DNA of 63,760 bases, the filler included, from Stramenopiles sp. TOSAG23-2 (lineage: Eukaryota): the NCBI GenBank assembly GCA_900128395.1. It is 8 parts of 8 records of this genome, joined end to end, with 100 filler letters (N's around TTAATTAATTAA, not from the genome) between each part and the next. Parts side by side here need not be neighbours in the genome. Positions count along the whole stretch, not along the records: positions 11,841 to 23,575 come from LT649905.1; 7 more parts are not named here. One strand, 5' to 3'. Below are positions 11,992 through 23,675 of the stretch, piece by piece; position 1 is the stretch's first letter, and every line of letters starts with the position of its first letter. The notes under the pieces were generated by a model. The model was given only the letters and a program-made list of their open reading frames with translations, was not told where the DNA came from and did not search any database. Both the position numbers and the translations under genes were made by a program.

Positions 11992-12156
11992 TAAGGAAAC
12001 AATTTCTTAAATCCGTCATACTATTTAAAAAATATATTAAGTGCATATATTTGTATACTAATATTTCTATCAAATTAAATAGTAATATTAATATACAGAT
12101 ATTTATACTTAATATATTTTTAAAAAAGCATGACGGATTTCAGAAATTTTTCCTTA
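11992..12156. repeat. Long imperfect palindrome (foldback or degenerate MITE)
   Basis: Arms of about 78 bp (TAAGGAAACAATTTCTTAAATCCGTCAT... and ...ATGACGGATTTCAGAAATTTTTCCTTA) around a loop of about 10 nt. Confidence 0.8.
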
Positions 12157-12441
12157 TTGTAAGATTTATATATATATAAATATTAATAACAATAAAACAG
12201 ATGAAATGTGATGTGTGTGTTAGTGAATAATAGATTATGATGTATATAATGTAATATAAATGGAAGAATCGTAATCTCGTAAAATTCGTTATATTATTAT
12301 TATTATTTATATATATAAAATTATTATTATTTGGAAAAACAAATATAGTGTGTGTATATATACGGTGTATGTGTAATTATTATTATTATTTATATATTAA
12401 TATAAATTCAAGATTGAAGAACTGTTTTCATTATATAAATC

Positions 12442-13128
12442 ATGTCAGCAATCACCTCTAAAGTAAAAGCTTTGTTTAATAATGGTAGAAAAATTGTATT
12501 GATACGACATTGCAAAACGAATAAAGCTGCAGAAGAAACTCCGGAAGCTGATAAAGCAAGGACTGCTAATGAAATTGGAAAAACCCAATGTGAAACTGCA
12601 CGTACAACTTATTTCAAGGATTTCTTATCAGCTGATGTAGTATGCCATACAGAGGCTGGACGGACAAAGGAAACTGCAGAGTTATTATTTAAAGATAAGG
12701 AATGTAAATTCCATACGATTTATAGTATGTATGGTGGTTTAAATTCGAAAACTGGTGAAATTAATTGTGAACCTATTGAAAATGCATTTTGGAAAAATGG
12801 ATATCAAAATGTTCAAGTGTATTTAGATTTAGTTGGTGAAGAACCTCTTCAAAAATATACAGACAATGTATTGAATGAAGTATTGAAAGTTTTTGATACA
12901 AATTCAATTCCAGAAGAAAATAATGATAAGCCTATAATATTTATATTACATGCGGTATATATAGCAGCATTGACACGATCGATTGCTAATTGTTTAGGTG
13001 ATGCTTTTCCAGCTGAAGCACGTAATTTGATTTTAACAACAAATGTTGGGGAAGTAAGTGGTTTTGTTTTGTCTAGTGAAGATATTAAATTTATTGGTTC
13101 GACTATAGAGCCAACTCTTCGAAGTTAA
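12442..13128 (+). CDS. Histidine phosphatase (phosphoglycerate mutase-like) superfamily protein
   Basis: IVLIRHCKT (RHG variant), R-T-x-E-T-A and the second catalytic His in FILHA. Confidence 0.75.
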   Translation: MSAITSKVKALFNNGRKIVLIRHCKTNKAAEETPEADKARTANEIGKTQCETARTTYFKDFLSADVVCHTEAGRTKETAELLFKDKECKFHTIYSMYGGLNSKTGEINCEPIENAFWKNGYQNVQVYLDLVGEEPLQKYTDNVLNEVLKVFDTNSIPEENNDKPIIFILHAVYIAALTRSIANCLGDAFPAEARNLILTTNVGEVSGFVLSSEDIKFIGSTIEPTLRS

Positions 13129-13342
13129 TTCTTCTAGAGATGCATATATAATATATCATAATTCTAAAGAAGGAATGAGAGAGGTTTGTATGTGTGAGGG
13201 GGGTAAATATAATACTCGTATTATAAATTATAATTGCCATCATAACTCGAACGCAAAAAAAATATATAATTTACCTCTCTACACTGGGGTTAAAAATAAA
13301 TGTAACATACCGCCACCACAAAAACCTATTGAAACCCTCTTT

Positions 13343-16300
13343 CTAAACTTTGTTAAAATGCTTGGAATAAAAGTCTTCATAATTTTCCTCTGTATCAACT
13401 GTATCTAATTGTCGTTGATATCCCTTCTTCTTTCTTCTCTTTTTCTGTTTTGTCTTTTTCGGTGGTGGTGGTGGTGCTGCTGCTGCTGCTGCTGTTGGCT
13501 TTCGTTGACCAAGCATAGGATTATTTGTCATTTCTATTATTTCACCATCTTCCCCTTCATTTAATTTTCTTGCTCCTTTGAAACTTGCTTGAAATCCGCG
13601 AAGGTCTCCTTTAAATGCATCAACTCGTTTTTTACACCAATATATAATAATTTCAACTAAAAGGATAACGCCTACGCCTACAACAATGCCTATGATAAAA
13701 GATTTATCGCGATAGGGTATACCAACACTTTCTAAAAAAGATCCATCACTACTATCGTCCGTTATATTAGAGGGAGGAAAAATTCCTCGGTCAGCTGGCT
13801 TGGATGCATTTGCAGAGCCGGGAATGCTGACAAGACAGCATGATTTTGTCTCCGTAATTGTCTTGCATATTTTGTTATCATCGTTGCAATATTGATATGA
13901 TCGAAAACATTGCGGCTGTTTTGATTCAGGATGCTCCCATATTTGGTATATATGAGCATAGCAAATACAGGTACAATGAAACTTGTTGCCCTCTTTTGGA
14001 GGATTAGGGGCTAATGGAGCTGTTGTCGTTGTTGTCACTTCTGAGGAAGATGTATTGGTACCTGGCGATGGAGTTGGTGGTATGGATATAGCAAGAGGAA
14101 TAATCTCGAATTCATTGGAATAGATATTTACATTCTCCAGCGATGTGGATTGCAAATATAAATAATAATGCTTTGAGTGTTTTAAACCACTGGTGATATC
14201 TGGAACTACCCAACTAAAATTTCCATTTGCGCTATTGATGGCACTTTCTGCCAAGATTGCATATTTTGTATCTCGGCCCCAATTATTAGTAAACAGTTCA
14301 ATAGAAACATGCGAGCCTGCATTAATGGACTCCCATGATACTTGAATCACATCTCCAGAGAAAAATCGTGCACCTGTGGTAGGCGTATTAATATTCAATT
14401 GATGTGGCAATGGGTTAATTGCAATTTTTTTGCTATTATCTGTGATCATTGCATCACTATTGGATGTAATTTGGATATAATAATGGGTGCTTCTTGAAAA
14501 TTCCGATCGTTGTGAAATAGAAAGACTTGCCGTTCCATTTTTTAACATTACATTATCAAGACTATCAATAATCGAATCTGTGAACCAACCATCTAGCATC
14601 AAGTCAATTTTCCCCGTTGTCCCAGGGTTTTCAGACACCCAATCAACTTCGATATCATCTCCTTCTTGAAACGATTCTCCTCCTGCAGGCTTGTTTATCT
14701 GAATGGAGTGAGGAACAGGTGAAATTTCAAATTTATTTGATCGAGATTCCAACTCGTAGCTTTCACCTTTATTTTTTATCATTATGTAATAATGTTTTGA
14801 ATGCGGTAGTCCATGCGATGGAATATTTAATGATGCTGATTTTAATGTTAGATCAACATCATCAACTGTTAAATAAACGCTGTCCGTAAACCAGTCATCA
14901 TCCATTAATAATAAAGTACCTAACGATCCAAAATTCTCCCCATCCCATTTTACACTCAATACGTCGCCTTCTTTAATGGATTCTCCACCGACAGGATTTG
15001 TAACTAATATCGTATGGGGGAGTGGCTTTATAATAAATGATTTACTATATGATATCAAATCATTGATCAAAATTGATTCAGCTTGAATGTAATAATGATT
15101 TGATTCTTGTAAATGTGGCACGATACATGTAAATGTATTTTGTCCCTCAATATTAACGGTTGAATCATTACACGATCCATACTTTGTATTATAAATCCAA
15201 CCATCCATGTATATATTCAATTTAATTTGCGGTCCAGCATTTTCACTATTCCATTTAATCACCATATTATCTCCTTCAATATAGCTTGCACCTTCCAGTG
15301 GCTCTAACACTTCAATCGAATGTGGAATTGGTGAAATTTCAAATTTATTTGATCGAGATTCCAACTCGTAGCTTTCACCTTTATTTTTTATCATTATGTA
15401 ATAATGTTTTGAATGCGGTAGTCCATGCGATGGAATATTTAATGATGCTGATTTTAATGTTAGATCAACATCATCAACTGTTAAATAAACGCTGTCCGTA
15501 AACCAGTCATCATCCATTAATAATAAAGTACCTAACGATCCAAAATTCTCCCCATCCCATTTTACACTCAATACATCGCCTTCTTTAATGGATTCTCCAC
15601 CGACGGGTTTTGTAACTAATATCGTATGGGGGAGTGGCTTTATAGTAAATGATTTACTATATGATATCAAATCATTGATCAAAATTGATTCAGCTTGAAT
15701 GTAATAATGATTTGATTCTTGTAAATGTGGCACAACACACGTAAACGTATTTTGCCCTTCTAAATTTGGTGCTGAATCACTGCATGATCCATACTTTGTA
15801 TTATAAATCCAACCATCCATGTAAATATTCAATTTAATTTGTGGCCCAGCATTTTCACTATTCCATTTAATCACCATATTATCTCCTTCATTATAACTGG
15901 CACCTTCCAGTGGCTCTAACACTTCAATCGAATGTGGGATTGGAGAAATTTCAAATTTATTTGACGTATCCCGTACAGATGTAAAACTATTTGATGTCAC
16001 TTTGAAATAATAATGTGAACTTTTTGGTAGATGAGCCGCAGGTAGATTGACCTGAAGCGTATTTTGTCCTTGTACAGACGCGGTATTATCTACACTCCAG
16101 TATAAAGTATCTGAAAACCAATCATCATCATAAAGTTCAATTTTTACGTTGTCTCCAATATTTTCTGCATTCCATGTGACTGATACAGTATCGCCTTCTT
16201 TGAACGATCGAGAGGTTGCTTGGGAGCCTAAACCTGACATAGAGACCTTCACTCCCCGTGCAAGATTGTTAATTTCGAATTCAAATGAATCATCTCTTGC

Positions 16301-16978
16301 ACCTGAATATGACGTGCTAGTTATACGCACATAATATTCATTTGAATTGTCCATATCTGTATCTTTAACTGTCCAATCAAACAAGCCTGTGTTGTGTGCT
16401 TGAGTGGCAATGACTTCATAAAGATCATCTGGGTTGGGCCAAATATCCGCCTCAAGCAATTCAATGCGCACAAAGTCTCCTGCATTTTGATGTTCCCACT
16501 TGATGGTAAAAGCTTCTGATGTATGTAATTTTGTCGAACTTTTTGGCTCGGAAATTTTAATGGAGCGTTGGATAGGTTTGATGGTGAAATAATCACCATC
16601 TCTACTCCGACAATATCCCAATAAACAATTATCCACTTGTTCGACATGGATGTAATAATAACTCCCTTGGTCTAGATTTGCAGGTGGTATCCATGAGTAA
16701 CCAGTGCGTTGGCTATTAGCAACAGATGATGTGATAGTTTGTTTCGTCGAGTCAATACCCCAATCGCCATATTTTAATAAAATTTCAACTTTCCAATCTT
16801 CTTCCATGTCACCAGTCGTCCAAGTAATACTTTGTGTCATTTCTTCATGCACGATAGCATTTTTTACTGGTGATGTAACTTCATTAATAGATCGAAGACC
16901 TTCACATGTTATTCCTAGCTGTATTAATATGAAAAATGCAAGGTAAAACTTATTCTGAAACGACATTAAATCCACCAT
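13343..16978 (-). CDS. Type I membrane surface protein with about 8 tandem Ig-like (Kre9/Knh1-N-like) repeats
   Basis: N-terminal signal-like helix; repeats of about 100 aa (P..G.....GD...I.W......I.L.....W......Y....YY......S..F.I); Thr/Pro linker, Cys-rich module, TM helix FIIGIVVGVGVILLVEIIIYW, basic tail. Confidence 0.8.
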   Translation of the reverse strand: MVDLMSFQNKFYLAFFILIQLGITCEGLRSINEVTSPVKNAIVHEEMTQSITWTTGDMEEDWKVEILLKYGDWGIDSTKQTITSSVANSQRTGYSWIPPANLDQGSYYYIHVEQVDNCLLGYCRSRDGDYFTIKPIQRSIKISEPKSSTKLHTSEAFTIKWEHQNAGDFVRIELLEADIWPNPDDLYEVIATQAHNTGLFDWTVKDTDMDNSNEYYVRITSTSYSGARDDSFEFEINNLARGVKVSMSGLGSQATSRSFKEGDTVSVTWNAENIGDNVKIELYDDDWFSDTLYWSVDNTASVQGQNTLQVNLPAAHLPKSSHYYFKVTSNSFTSVRDTSNKFEISPIPHSIEVLEPLEGASYNEGDNMVIKWNSENAGPQIKLNIYMDGWIYNTKYGSCSDSAPNLEGQNTFTCVVPHLQESNHYYIQAESILINDLISYSKSFTIKPLPHTILVTKPVGGESIKEGDVLSVKWDGENFGSLGTLLLMDDDWFTDSVYLTVDDVDLTLKSASLNIPSHGLPHSKHYYIMIKNKGESYELESRSNKFEISPIPHSIEVLEPLEGASYIEGDNMVIKWNSENAGPQIKLNIYMDGWIYNTKYGSCNDSTVNIEGQNTFTCIVPHLQESNHYYIQAESILINDLISYSKSFIIKPLPHTILVTNPVGGESIKEGDVLSVKWDGENFGSLGTLLLMDDDWFTDSVYLTVDDVDLTLKSASLNIPSHGLPHSKHYYIMIKNKGESYELESRSNKFEISPVPHSIQINKPAGGESFQEGDDIEVDWVSENPGTTGKIDLMLDGWFTDSIIDSLDNVMLKNGTASLSISQRSEFSRSTHYYIQITSNSDAMITDNSKKIAINPLPHQLNINTPTTGARFFSGDVIQVSWESINAGSHVSIELFTNNWGRDTKYAILAESAINSANGNFSWVVPDITSGLKHSKHYYLYLQSTSLENVNIYSNEFEIIPLAISIPPTPSPGTNTSSSEVTTTTTAPLAPNPPKEGNKFHCTCICYAHIYQIWEHPESKQPQCFRSYQYCNDDNKICKTITETKSCCLVSIPGSANASKPADRGIFPPSNITDDSSDGSFLESVGIPYRDKSFIIGIVVGVGVILLVEIIIYWCKKRVDAFKGDLRGFQASFKGARKLNEGEDGEIIEMTNNPMLGQRKPTAAAAAAPPPPPKKTKQKKRRKKKGYQRQLDTVDTEENYEDFYSKHFNKV
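14719..15962. repeat. Recent 612-bp intragenic tandem duplication
   Basis: Sequence from 14719 recurs near-identically from 15331 (offset 612 bp = 204 aa, two repeat units). Confidence 0.9.
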
Positions 16979-17367
16979 GGTGTTGAAAAACGGTGGTGCC
17001 AATATTTAATGTGTGTAATACTATTTTTGTACTCTTTTTTATTTACATACATATATAATATATATCACCAATTTAATAAATATAGTAAACACGCTATAAT
17101 GCTCTACTTGTATATATGAATGTATATAAATACTTGATATCTATATTTCATTCCACTCTCTGTATCTTTGTGTCTTAACATATATTAATATATCTCTTCA
17201 AAATCTTAAAATCTTCAATAATCTTCATTTTTAACATTGAAGAAGAAAAAAAAAGAAATACGGTACTGTAACTGTATACGGTACAGTATCGGTACCTGTA
17301 TACTCTTTTCATTTCAATAAAAAAAATTCCAAAAAACGATGTGTGTACTTTTTTTTCTTCTTTTTGT

Positions 17368-19104
17368 TCACGTTGTAAATGTCTGATAGATACCTAAAAT
17401 GACAACACCAATACCACCAATTAAAGACTCCAACATGGTCAAATTCAATTTTAAACCTAATAAACGTATTGGATTTGATTGAAGTTCACTATCGATTTCA
17501 AACGCTAAATTTCGTAATTCCAATGCAACTGCTTCTGAATGATCTATTTTTAATAATGAAACATGTCTTGCACGTTGTAATAGTTTTGTTCGAAATCGTT
17601 TGTTTACATATGTTATTCGTATACCTTCTAAAACTACAATGCCAAAAAATGCAACAAATAATACAATACTTATGGATATAAAAACAATAAATGCTGATAT
17701 TTCCATCTTTCCATCATTAGAAAGTAATGCTAACATTAATTGTACCAATAGAAACAATATAAAAACGAAAAATTCAAAAAATACAGAACCAACAAGGATA
17801 CTTAACCTAAGCCAATAAATTTCACCCAACATCAATAATGCAGAGCGGCCTCTAGCCCAAATTTTAATTTGATCTGGTGTTAAAATAATAGGTGGAACTT
17901 TATCATTTATCAACCCAATCGCATCTTTTTCTACTTCTACTACATCGTTTTTAGTACTTTTATTATTCTCGTTAACCATACGATTTGACATCGCCAAGTT
18001 TTCATTATTGTACAATGGAGGTAATAATAAGTTGTTATAATCATGAATTATCTTGCGAGAGCGGGCTAAATGTCCTGAAGCACCGTTTAATGGTCTAAAC
18101 AAGGAAAAGCCAACAAAACCAAAACCTATCCCAAGTACCATCAAACTACTTGCTGTAATTTCAAACCAATCGCTTCCAAACGCAGGAACGTTTAAAACAA
18201 AGTTTTTATACAAAGGATTGATGGATCCCATTAATCCCATTATGAAGAGAAATGAAAAAAAATGATATTTTGTAAACTGGAGTTGAAAAATTCCTTTTCC
18301 ATTATTACGCTTAACGATCGAAATTAAAACTTGCTCCAGGTTGTATTCATTTCCATCATTATGTATTTTTCTTTTTAATGGGCTTTGATCTTCATTTGAA
18401 TCTTTATCGACTAATTTTAACTTGAAGTTTTTGCCGTCTAATGGATCACCAGTGCGCCAAAGAGCTTTTTTAACTTCGACCCCAATTAATTTGTCTTTCA
18501 AAGGTGCTAACCATGGCCCAATAGCTTCTTTAGTTTCGTCAACACTACCATTAATCGATGGCTGCACAGCATTCTCAGCGCTTCCTAAAATTTCTGTTTC
18601 AAATTTCAATTTTGTCATATATCCATATTTAGCAGCAGAAGCTAGCGGCGCAAACAGTGAGCATATGAAAATGATTAAACCTTCCCCGATAGGATCAAAA
18701 TTACTAGTCGGGCGTTGACCTGTCAATACTAATATACCTTCTATCAATGGCACAACATTCATTAACCAAAATATATGTTCAATTAATAGTTTTATTACCC
18801 ATCCTTGAATACTGACAGGTAAATAAAGCATATTCTTTGCCCCTGGAAGTCCCATAACTATAATTGCTATAGGAATAATCAATAAAGGACCTAACGTCAT
18901 GCTAAAAAAATCAACAAAATAATATCGAAAAAATGCATTGTAATTAAATATTAAATTTCTATTTTGTCCAATGTAAAAACTGTGATTGAAATTATCAGTT
19001 ACTTCTTCTTCTTCTTCTTCTTCTTGCTCATCATTTAATACATATTTCGATGCAGCATGTTCATTAATTTCAATACGACTGTTGATAGCTTCATTATTTT
19101 CCAT
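17368..19104 (-). CDS. Polytopic membrane protein of unknown function (578 aa)
   Basis: Long ORF with about 8 hydrophobic segments. Confidence 0.75.
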   Translation of the reverse strand: MENNEAINSRIEINEHAASKYVLNDEQEEEEEEEVTDNFNHSFYIGQNRNLIFNYNAFFRYYFVDFFSMTLGPLLIIPIAIIVMGLPGAKNMLYLPVSIQGWVIKLLIEHIFWLMNVVPLIEGILVLTGQRPTSNFDPIGEGLIIFICSLFAPLASAAKYGYMTKLKFETEILGSAENAVQPSINGSVDETKEAIGPWLAPLKDKLIGVEVKKALWRTGDPLDGKNFKLKLVDKDSNEDQSPLKRKIHNDGNEYNLEQVLISIVKRNNGKGIFQLQFTKYHFFSFLFIMGLMGSINPLYKNFVLNVPAFGSDWFEITASSLMVLGIGFGFVGFSLFRPLNGASGHLARSRKIIHDYNNLLLPPLYNNENLAMSNRMVNENNKSTKNDVVEVEKDAIGLINDKVPPIILTPDQIKIWARGRSALLMLGEIYWLRLSILVGSVFFEFFVFILFLLVQLMLALLSNDGKMEISAFIVFISISIVLFVAFFGIVVLEGIRITYVNKRFRTKLLQRARHVSLLKIDHSEAVALELRNLAFEIDSELQSNPIRLLGLKLNLTMLESLIGGIGVVILGIYQTFTT

Positions 19105-19295
19105 CGTTTCAAATTACGATCTGAAACAAAACCTTTTTCCAATTAATATATTATATTTATATTCTTATATAGTCTTCAAAAACAAATTAAAATATATATA
19201 TAGCAGCTATAAATGATTATTAAATTTATAATACAGGTATATATATATATATAACGTTTTTTATTTAAGCTTTTTCTTCAGTTCACCATCCACAC

Positions 19296-19950
19296 TATCT
19301 GGTAAAATAAGGAAATAAGATGAAAAAAAATATATATTCTTCTCGTCTTCGTAGGTGGTGTGCCATCCCTAATGCCAGTGTTAGTGTGGTCGATTCAAAT
19401 TCTAATTACCTTAAACATTAAAAATTCACATACTCATATTGCTAAAAAGCCAGAAGAAAGCACTAAAAATACATTCGTACAATACACGCGCTCGCAAGAA
19501 AAAACAATTCAAACACCGGTTTTCGTGTAATATATATTTTTTAAACACCATTCACATTTTTATAATATTCCATTTTACATATATATATCTATATATAAAT
19601 AAAATATATATATTATTATTATTATATTTATTATAACGTTTTTTAAGAAGCCACTAATAACTACTATCTGCATCTGGTAAAAATAAGGCTTTGAGGGAAA
19701 AAAAAAATATTCTTCTCGTCTTCGTGGGTGGTGTGCCCGTGTTAGTGTGGTCGATTCAAATTATAATTACCTTAATCATATGAACATTAAAAATTCACAT
19801 CAGAACCAAAAAGCAAACAAACACAACTCTGTAAAAAGCCAGAAAGCATCACTAAAAATACATTCGTACAATACACGCGCTCGCAAGAAAAAACAATTCA
19901 CACCGGTTTTCGTGTAATATTTTTTTTAAAAACCATTCACATTTACAACA
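19296..19950. repeat. Diverged non-coding direct duplication (about 280 bp x2)
   Basis: Blocks TCTGGTAAAATAAGG, TTCTTCTCGTCTTCGT, GTGTTAGTGTGGTCGATTCAAATT and CACTAAAAATACATTCGTACAATACACGCGCTCGCAAGAAAAAACAATTC occur at about 19296-19570 and again at about 19672-19950. Confidence 0.85.
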
Positions 19951-20023
19951 TTCCACTATATACACATATATACATACACAGAGCAAACCTCAAAAAAATA
20001 TATTCTCCTCCTCTCCCCTTTTT

Positions 20024-22504
20024 TTAAACATATTTATCCAATGAATCTTTACCATTTTTAAATTTAATAAATCCATATTTATTGAACCATGGATTTTGCA
20101 ATGCTTTTTTAGCATTAATACGTTTAGATGGTTGAACAACTAATAATTGCATTAATAATTGTTTTGCCTCTTCACTTATTGGATATTTTTCAGAAAATTC
20201 CAATGGTTGATCTAAACATTTATGATATGGACGAAATGGTGAAAATCCAAATATCAATTCATACATAATTATACCAACACTCCATAAATCGGTTTGTTTT
20301 CCATATGCTTCTTTTCTTAGCAATTCAGGTGCAAAATATCCTGGGCTACCACATATCCCAGTAAATGGAACTTTATGTACATCACCAGTATGCCTGAAAT
20401 ATTTAATATCAGGAACTTTTCTAGACAAACCAAAATCACATAATTGAACTCGACCATCATCATTAAAAATGTCTAATTCATCTAATTGACCATCAAAGAC
20501 TTTACGCTCCGGAGCAAGTGTATGTTTTGATGTCGATGGCAATGATAATGGTGGTGCTTTATTCAATAAAACATTATCTGGTTTTATATCAGAATGCAAG
20601 ATACCATTTTCATGTAAGTGCGATACTGCAACTAATAATTGATAAATAATTTTACAGGCACGGCGTTCGGACACTTTGCGTGGCATGCTTTCTGCTAAAG
20701 TACCTTCGGTTGCATGTTCCATGACAAGATGTAATTTCTCCGCTTCTTCGTATACTTCATATAGACGGATGATATTTGGATGGTGGAAGCGCAATTGTAC
20801 TTCAATTTCACGTCTTACACTTTGTTTTTCCTCCTCGGATATTAAATACCTTTTATTAATAGTTTTAATAGCAAATTGTCCGCCTAATTTCATATGCTTT
20901 CCACGATATACTTGAGAATACGTGCCATATCCAGCAGCGTATTGTTCCAACTCGTATATATCTTGTATTTGTGAATGGTGAATGAACCATGGTTTTAATT
21001 GATCAAAGGTTTCAGCTTTTGGTGACAGGACTTCTTGTTGATTTCTCTTGCTAGATGCTTTAATGGTTGTTATTGATGGACTTAATTTACTTTTTAATGC
21101 TTTCGAACCAACTTTTCTCCTTGAAAACAATGTGGATGATGTATTATCTTCCGTACTTTTATTATTATTATCACTATTTCCTCCAGTTGTTTTATTGACT
21201 GCAAAATCCATGCTATACGAAGAACCACCCATTAAACTATCGATCGATGGAACTTTTTCCTTTGTTTTTTTTCTATCTAAATAACGCAAAACTGGTGATA
21301 CATGATCCTCACTTAAGGATTTTAATTTCTTTTCCTTGGGCTGCTTTTTGTTGTTGTTGTTGTTGTTGTTCTTTTTGTTGCTAAATTTATCCCGGTCAAC
21401 TGGTAAATTTACAGAAAAATTCTTTCTATGTTGTTTCCTGCCTTCTTTATCATTAACATCGACATCGAATACATTCCCATCATCCTTTTTCATCGATGAA
21501 TTACTTAAATGTGGGCTACTATGAGACTTGATTTGTCCAGATTGTTCACTGCCATGGAACATTGTTGTATTACTTGCTATTCGTAGATGAACGCGATTAT
21601 TACTATTATTATTATCATTCTTCACAGCACCAACAACAGAAGAAGAAGACGGTGTTTTCTTTTCTTCCTCGCCTACAATAGTGGTGCTATTATTATTATT
21701 ATTCTTATTCGTTTTATGTTCAACAGAATTATGATGTCGTCTCGTTGATGTAGATGCACTTGCAGCAAAATTTAATAAATGAGAAGTATCACTATTGCTT
21801 TTCTGCCTTCGAAACAATCTTGTTGTATTTTTTGCATCTATTGTATTATTATTATTATTATTGTCTTCTCTATCAAATTTAAAATTAGTAAGAGAAGTAT
21901 GTTGTTTCCGAGGGACGGAACTGCTTAATCTATCGTTCATATTATTGTTTTTATTTGCAACTTTCATCTCTAACATAGAAGATCGTTTTATTGTATCTTC
22001 GTTAGTTGTATCATAGGCATTAATATTATTATCATAATTATTATTGTATGGTTTTGGCTTCCATGTTTTCCATGTATTGGATATGGTAATATTCGTCTTC
22101 ATATTATTCTCACGCTTCATTTTTGACTGCTGTATTTGCACTGCTTGTGCAGCTTTGATGGAAACTCTCTTTAACTTAGTCGGTTTATTTGTTGCAGAGC
22201 TTCTCTTATTCTTCAGTTTAAATTTACTATGATGTAATTTTGAATAATTTTGTGGGAATGGATGGAACGTACCAGTATGAGGATTATTACGGTACGCTTT
22301 TTGTTTTTGCAACTCTTCCTCTGTTATGATTTGCATATTAAAATATTTAGCACCAACATTACCAGCTGGCGGTGCATGATGAAATGTACCTAAATATGGA
22401 TTATTAGAAGACATTCTGGCAAATGTTTTATTTCGTTGTTTATTGCCGTTGTTCTTGCCATCTAAATTAGAAAGTGTACCTACATGTGTTTGTACACGCC
22501 GCAT
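20024..22504 (-). CDS. Ser/Thr protein kinase (CAMK/Aurora-like catalytic domain) with long Asn-rich N-terminus
   Basis: GYGTYSQV, FAIK, HSDIKPDN, DFGLS, GSPGYFAPE and DLWSVG motifs. Confidence 0.9.
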   Translation of the reverse strand: MRRVQTHVGTLSNLDGKNNGNKQRNKTFARMSSNNPYLGTFHHAPPAGNVGAKYFNMQIITEEELQKQKAYRNNPHTGTFHPFPQNYSKLHHSKFKLKNKRSSATNKPTKLKRVSIKAAQAVQIQQSKMKRENNMKTNITISNTWKTWKPKPYNNNYDNNINAYDTTNEDTIKRSSMLEMKVANKNNNMNDRLSSSVPRKQHTSLTNFKFDREDNNNNNNTIDAKNTTRLFRRQKSNSDTSHLLNFAASASTSTRRHHNSVEHKTNKNNNNNSTTIVGEEEKKTPSSSSVVGAVKNDNNNSNNRVHLRIASNTTMFHGSEQSGQIKSHSSPHLSNSSMKKDDGNVFDVDVNDKEGRKQHRKNFSVNLPVDRDKFSNKKNNNNNNNKKQPKEKKLKSLSEDHVSPVLRYLDRKKTKEKVPSIDSLMGGSSYSMDFAVNKTTGGNSDNNNKSTEDNTSSTLFSRRKVGSKALKSKLSPSITTIKASSKRNQQEVLSPKAETFDQLKPWFIHHSQIQDIYELEQYAAGYGTYSQVYRGKHMKLGGQFAIKTINKRYLISEEEKQSVRREIEVQLRFHHPNIIRLYEVYEEAEKLHLVMEHATEGTLAESMPRKVSERRACKIIYQLLVAVSHLHENGILHSDIKPDNVLLNKAPPLSLPSTSKHTLAPERKVFDGQLDELDIFNDDGRVQLCDFGLSRKVPDIKYFRHTGDVHKVPFTGICGSPGYFAPELLRKEAYGKQTDLWSVGIIMYELIFGFSPFRPYHKCLDQPLEFSEKYPISEEAKQLLMQLLVVQPSKRINAKKALQNPWFNKYGFIKFKNGKDSLDKYV

Positions 22505-23575
22505 TTTTCACTACTAGAAACACAAAAAATAAGAAATATAATTAAAAAAAAATGTAGGAAAAAATATAAATATAATGATGATATATTCAAAAACGGCTAC
22601 AATAGAAAAATCGGAGACGGGGATGAAACTACTGCTTGATTATTTCCTCGTATTATAATATTCACAATCTTAGGATAAGCAGGTCAATCTATCACTTTTT
22701 TTTTGTTGTTGTATTATTTTCGTACAATATATTCCATCTCCATCGATGATACATCTACAATTCTTTCTCTTCTTATGAAAGGCAATGCCCTTTGGTTCTT
22801 CTTTTTCTTTTCTCGCAACAAAAAAAAAACACAAAATTCATTCAATAAATTCCAATTTTATATTTTAGATTTTTTTAAAATAATATGATGTGCATAATTT
22901 ACAATACATGTAGAATAAACATACTATACCTAATTCTAAATGATGATTAAAATGATTATATGACCAAAATGATAAATATAGGAATACGATGTTGATAAAT
23001 TACCATTTTATCAGTAGGAATGGTGAACAAAGGTGCTCATTCGCAGGTTGAGAAAATAGCCAGAATTTTCGCAACTTGTTAATTCGCAGATACCGTAGTA
23101 TACTAAATACTGTTTCTATGCCTATATACTAAATATATCATCTTGCGATGCTTATATATATACGCTTATATACACTCGCTATTAAACCATACATAATGCT
23201 GTACCAAAGCACCACAAAGCACCAAAGCACCAAGCCTTGGCAAGGTAGCCTGTAGGTACACAAATTATTAAAATCAAGGTGTTTCTTGTTTCTGTGTTTC
23301 TATTTCTGTGTTTCTTGCTTTCGGTGCTTTCGTTCCACTTTCGTGCAAACAGAAATCTTTTTGGTTTCTGTGAAGTGTGCTATACGCTATCAATAAATTC
23401 TAAGGTTTAAGGTTTTTCATCGATTTGTGTGATTATGTATGTATTTAGCACTTCTGTTATTTATATGCTAATCTGTGACACATCATCCTCAGTCAACTTT
23501 TTCTAAACCTTGTGATGAAACTCTCCCCAACACAGGCGGGGGTCTAATTAGTACAAATTTAGTATACTGTAGATA

Positions 23576-23675
23576 NNNNNNNNNNNNNNNNNNNNNNNNN
23601 NNNNNNNNNNNNNNNNNNNTTAATTAATTAANNNNNNNNNNNNNNNNNNNNNNNNNNNNNNNNNNNNNNNNNNNN
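23576..23675. other. Artificial contig spacer
   Basis: N44-TTAATTAATTAA-N44 linker. Confidence 0.98.

Noticed and set aside
17259-17303. Cluster of short GTAC/TACAGTA palindromes
   Set aside because: Short, low-complexity and single-copy in this window
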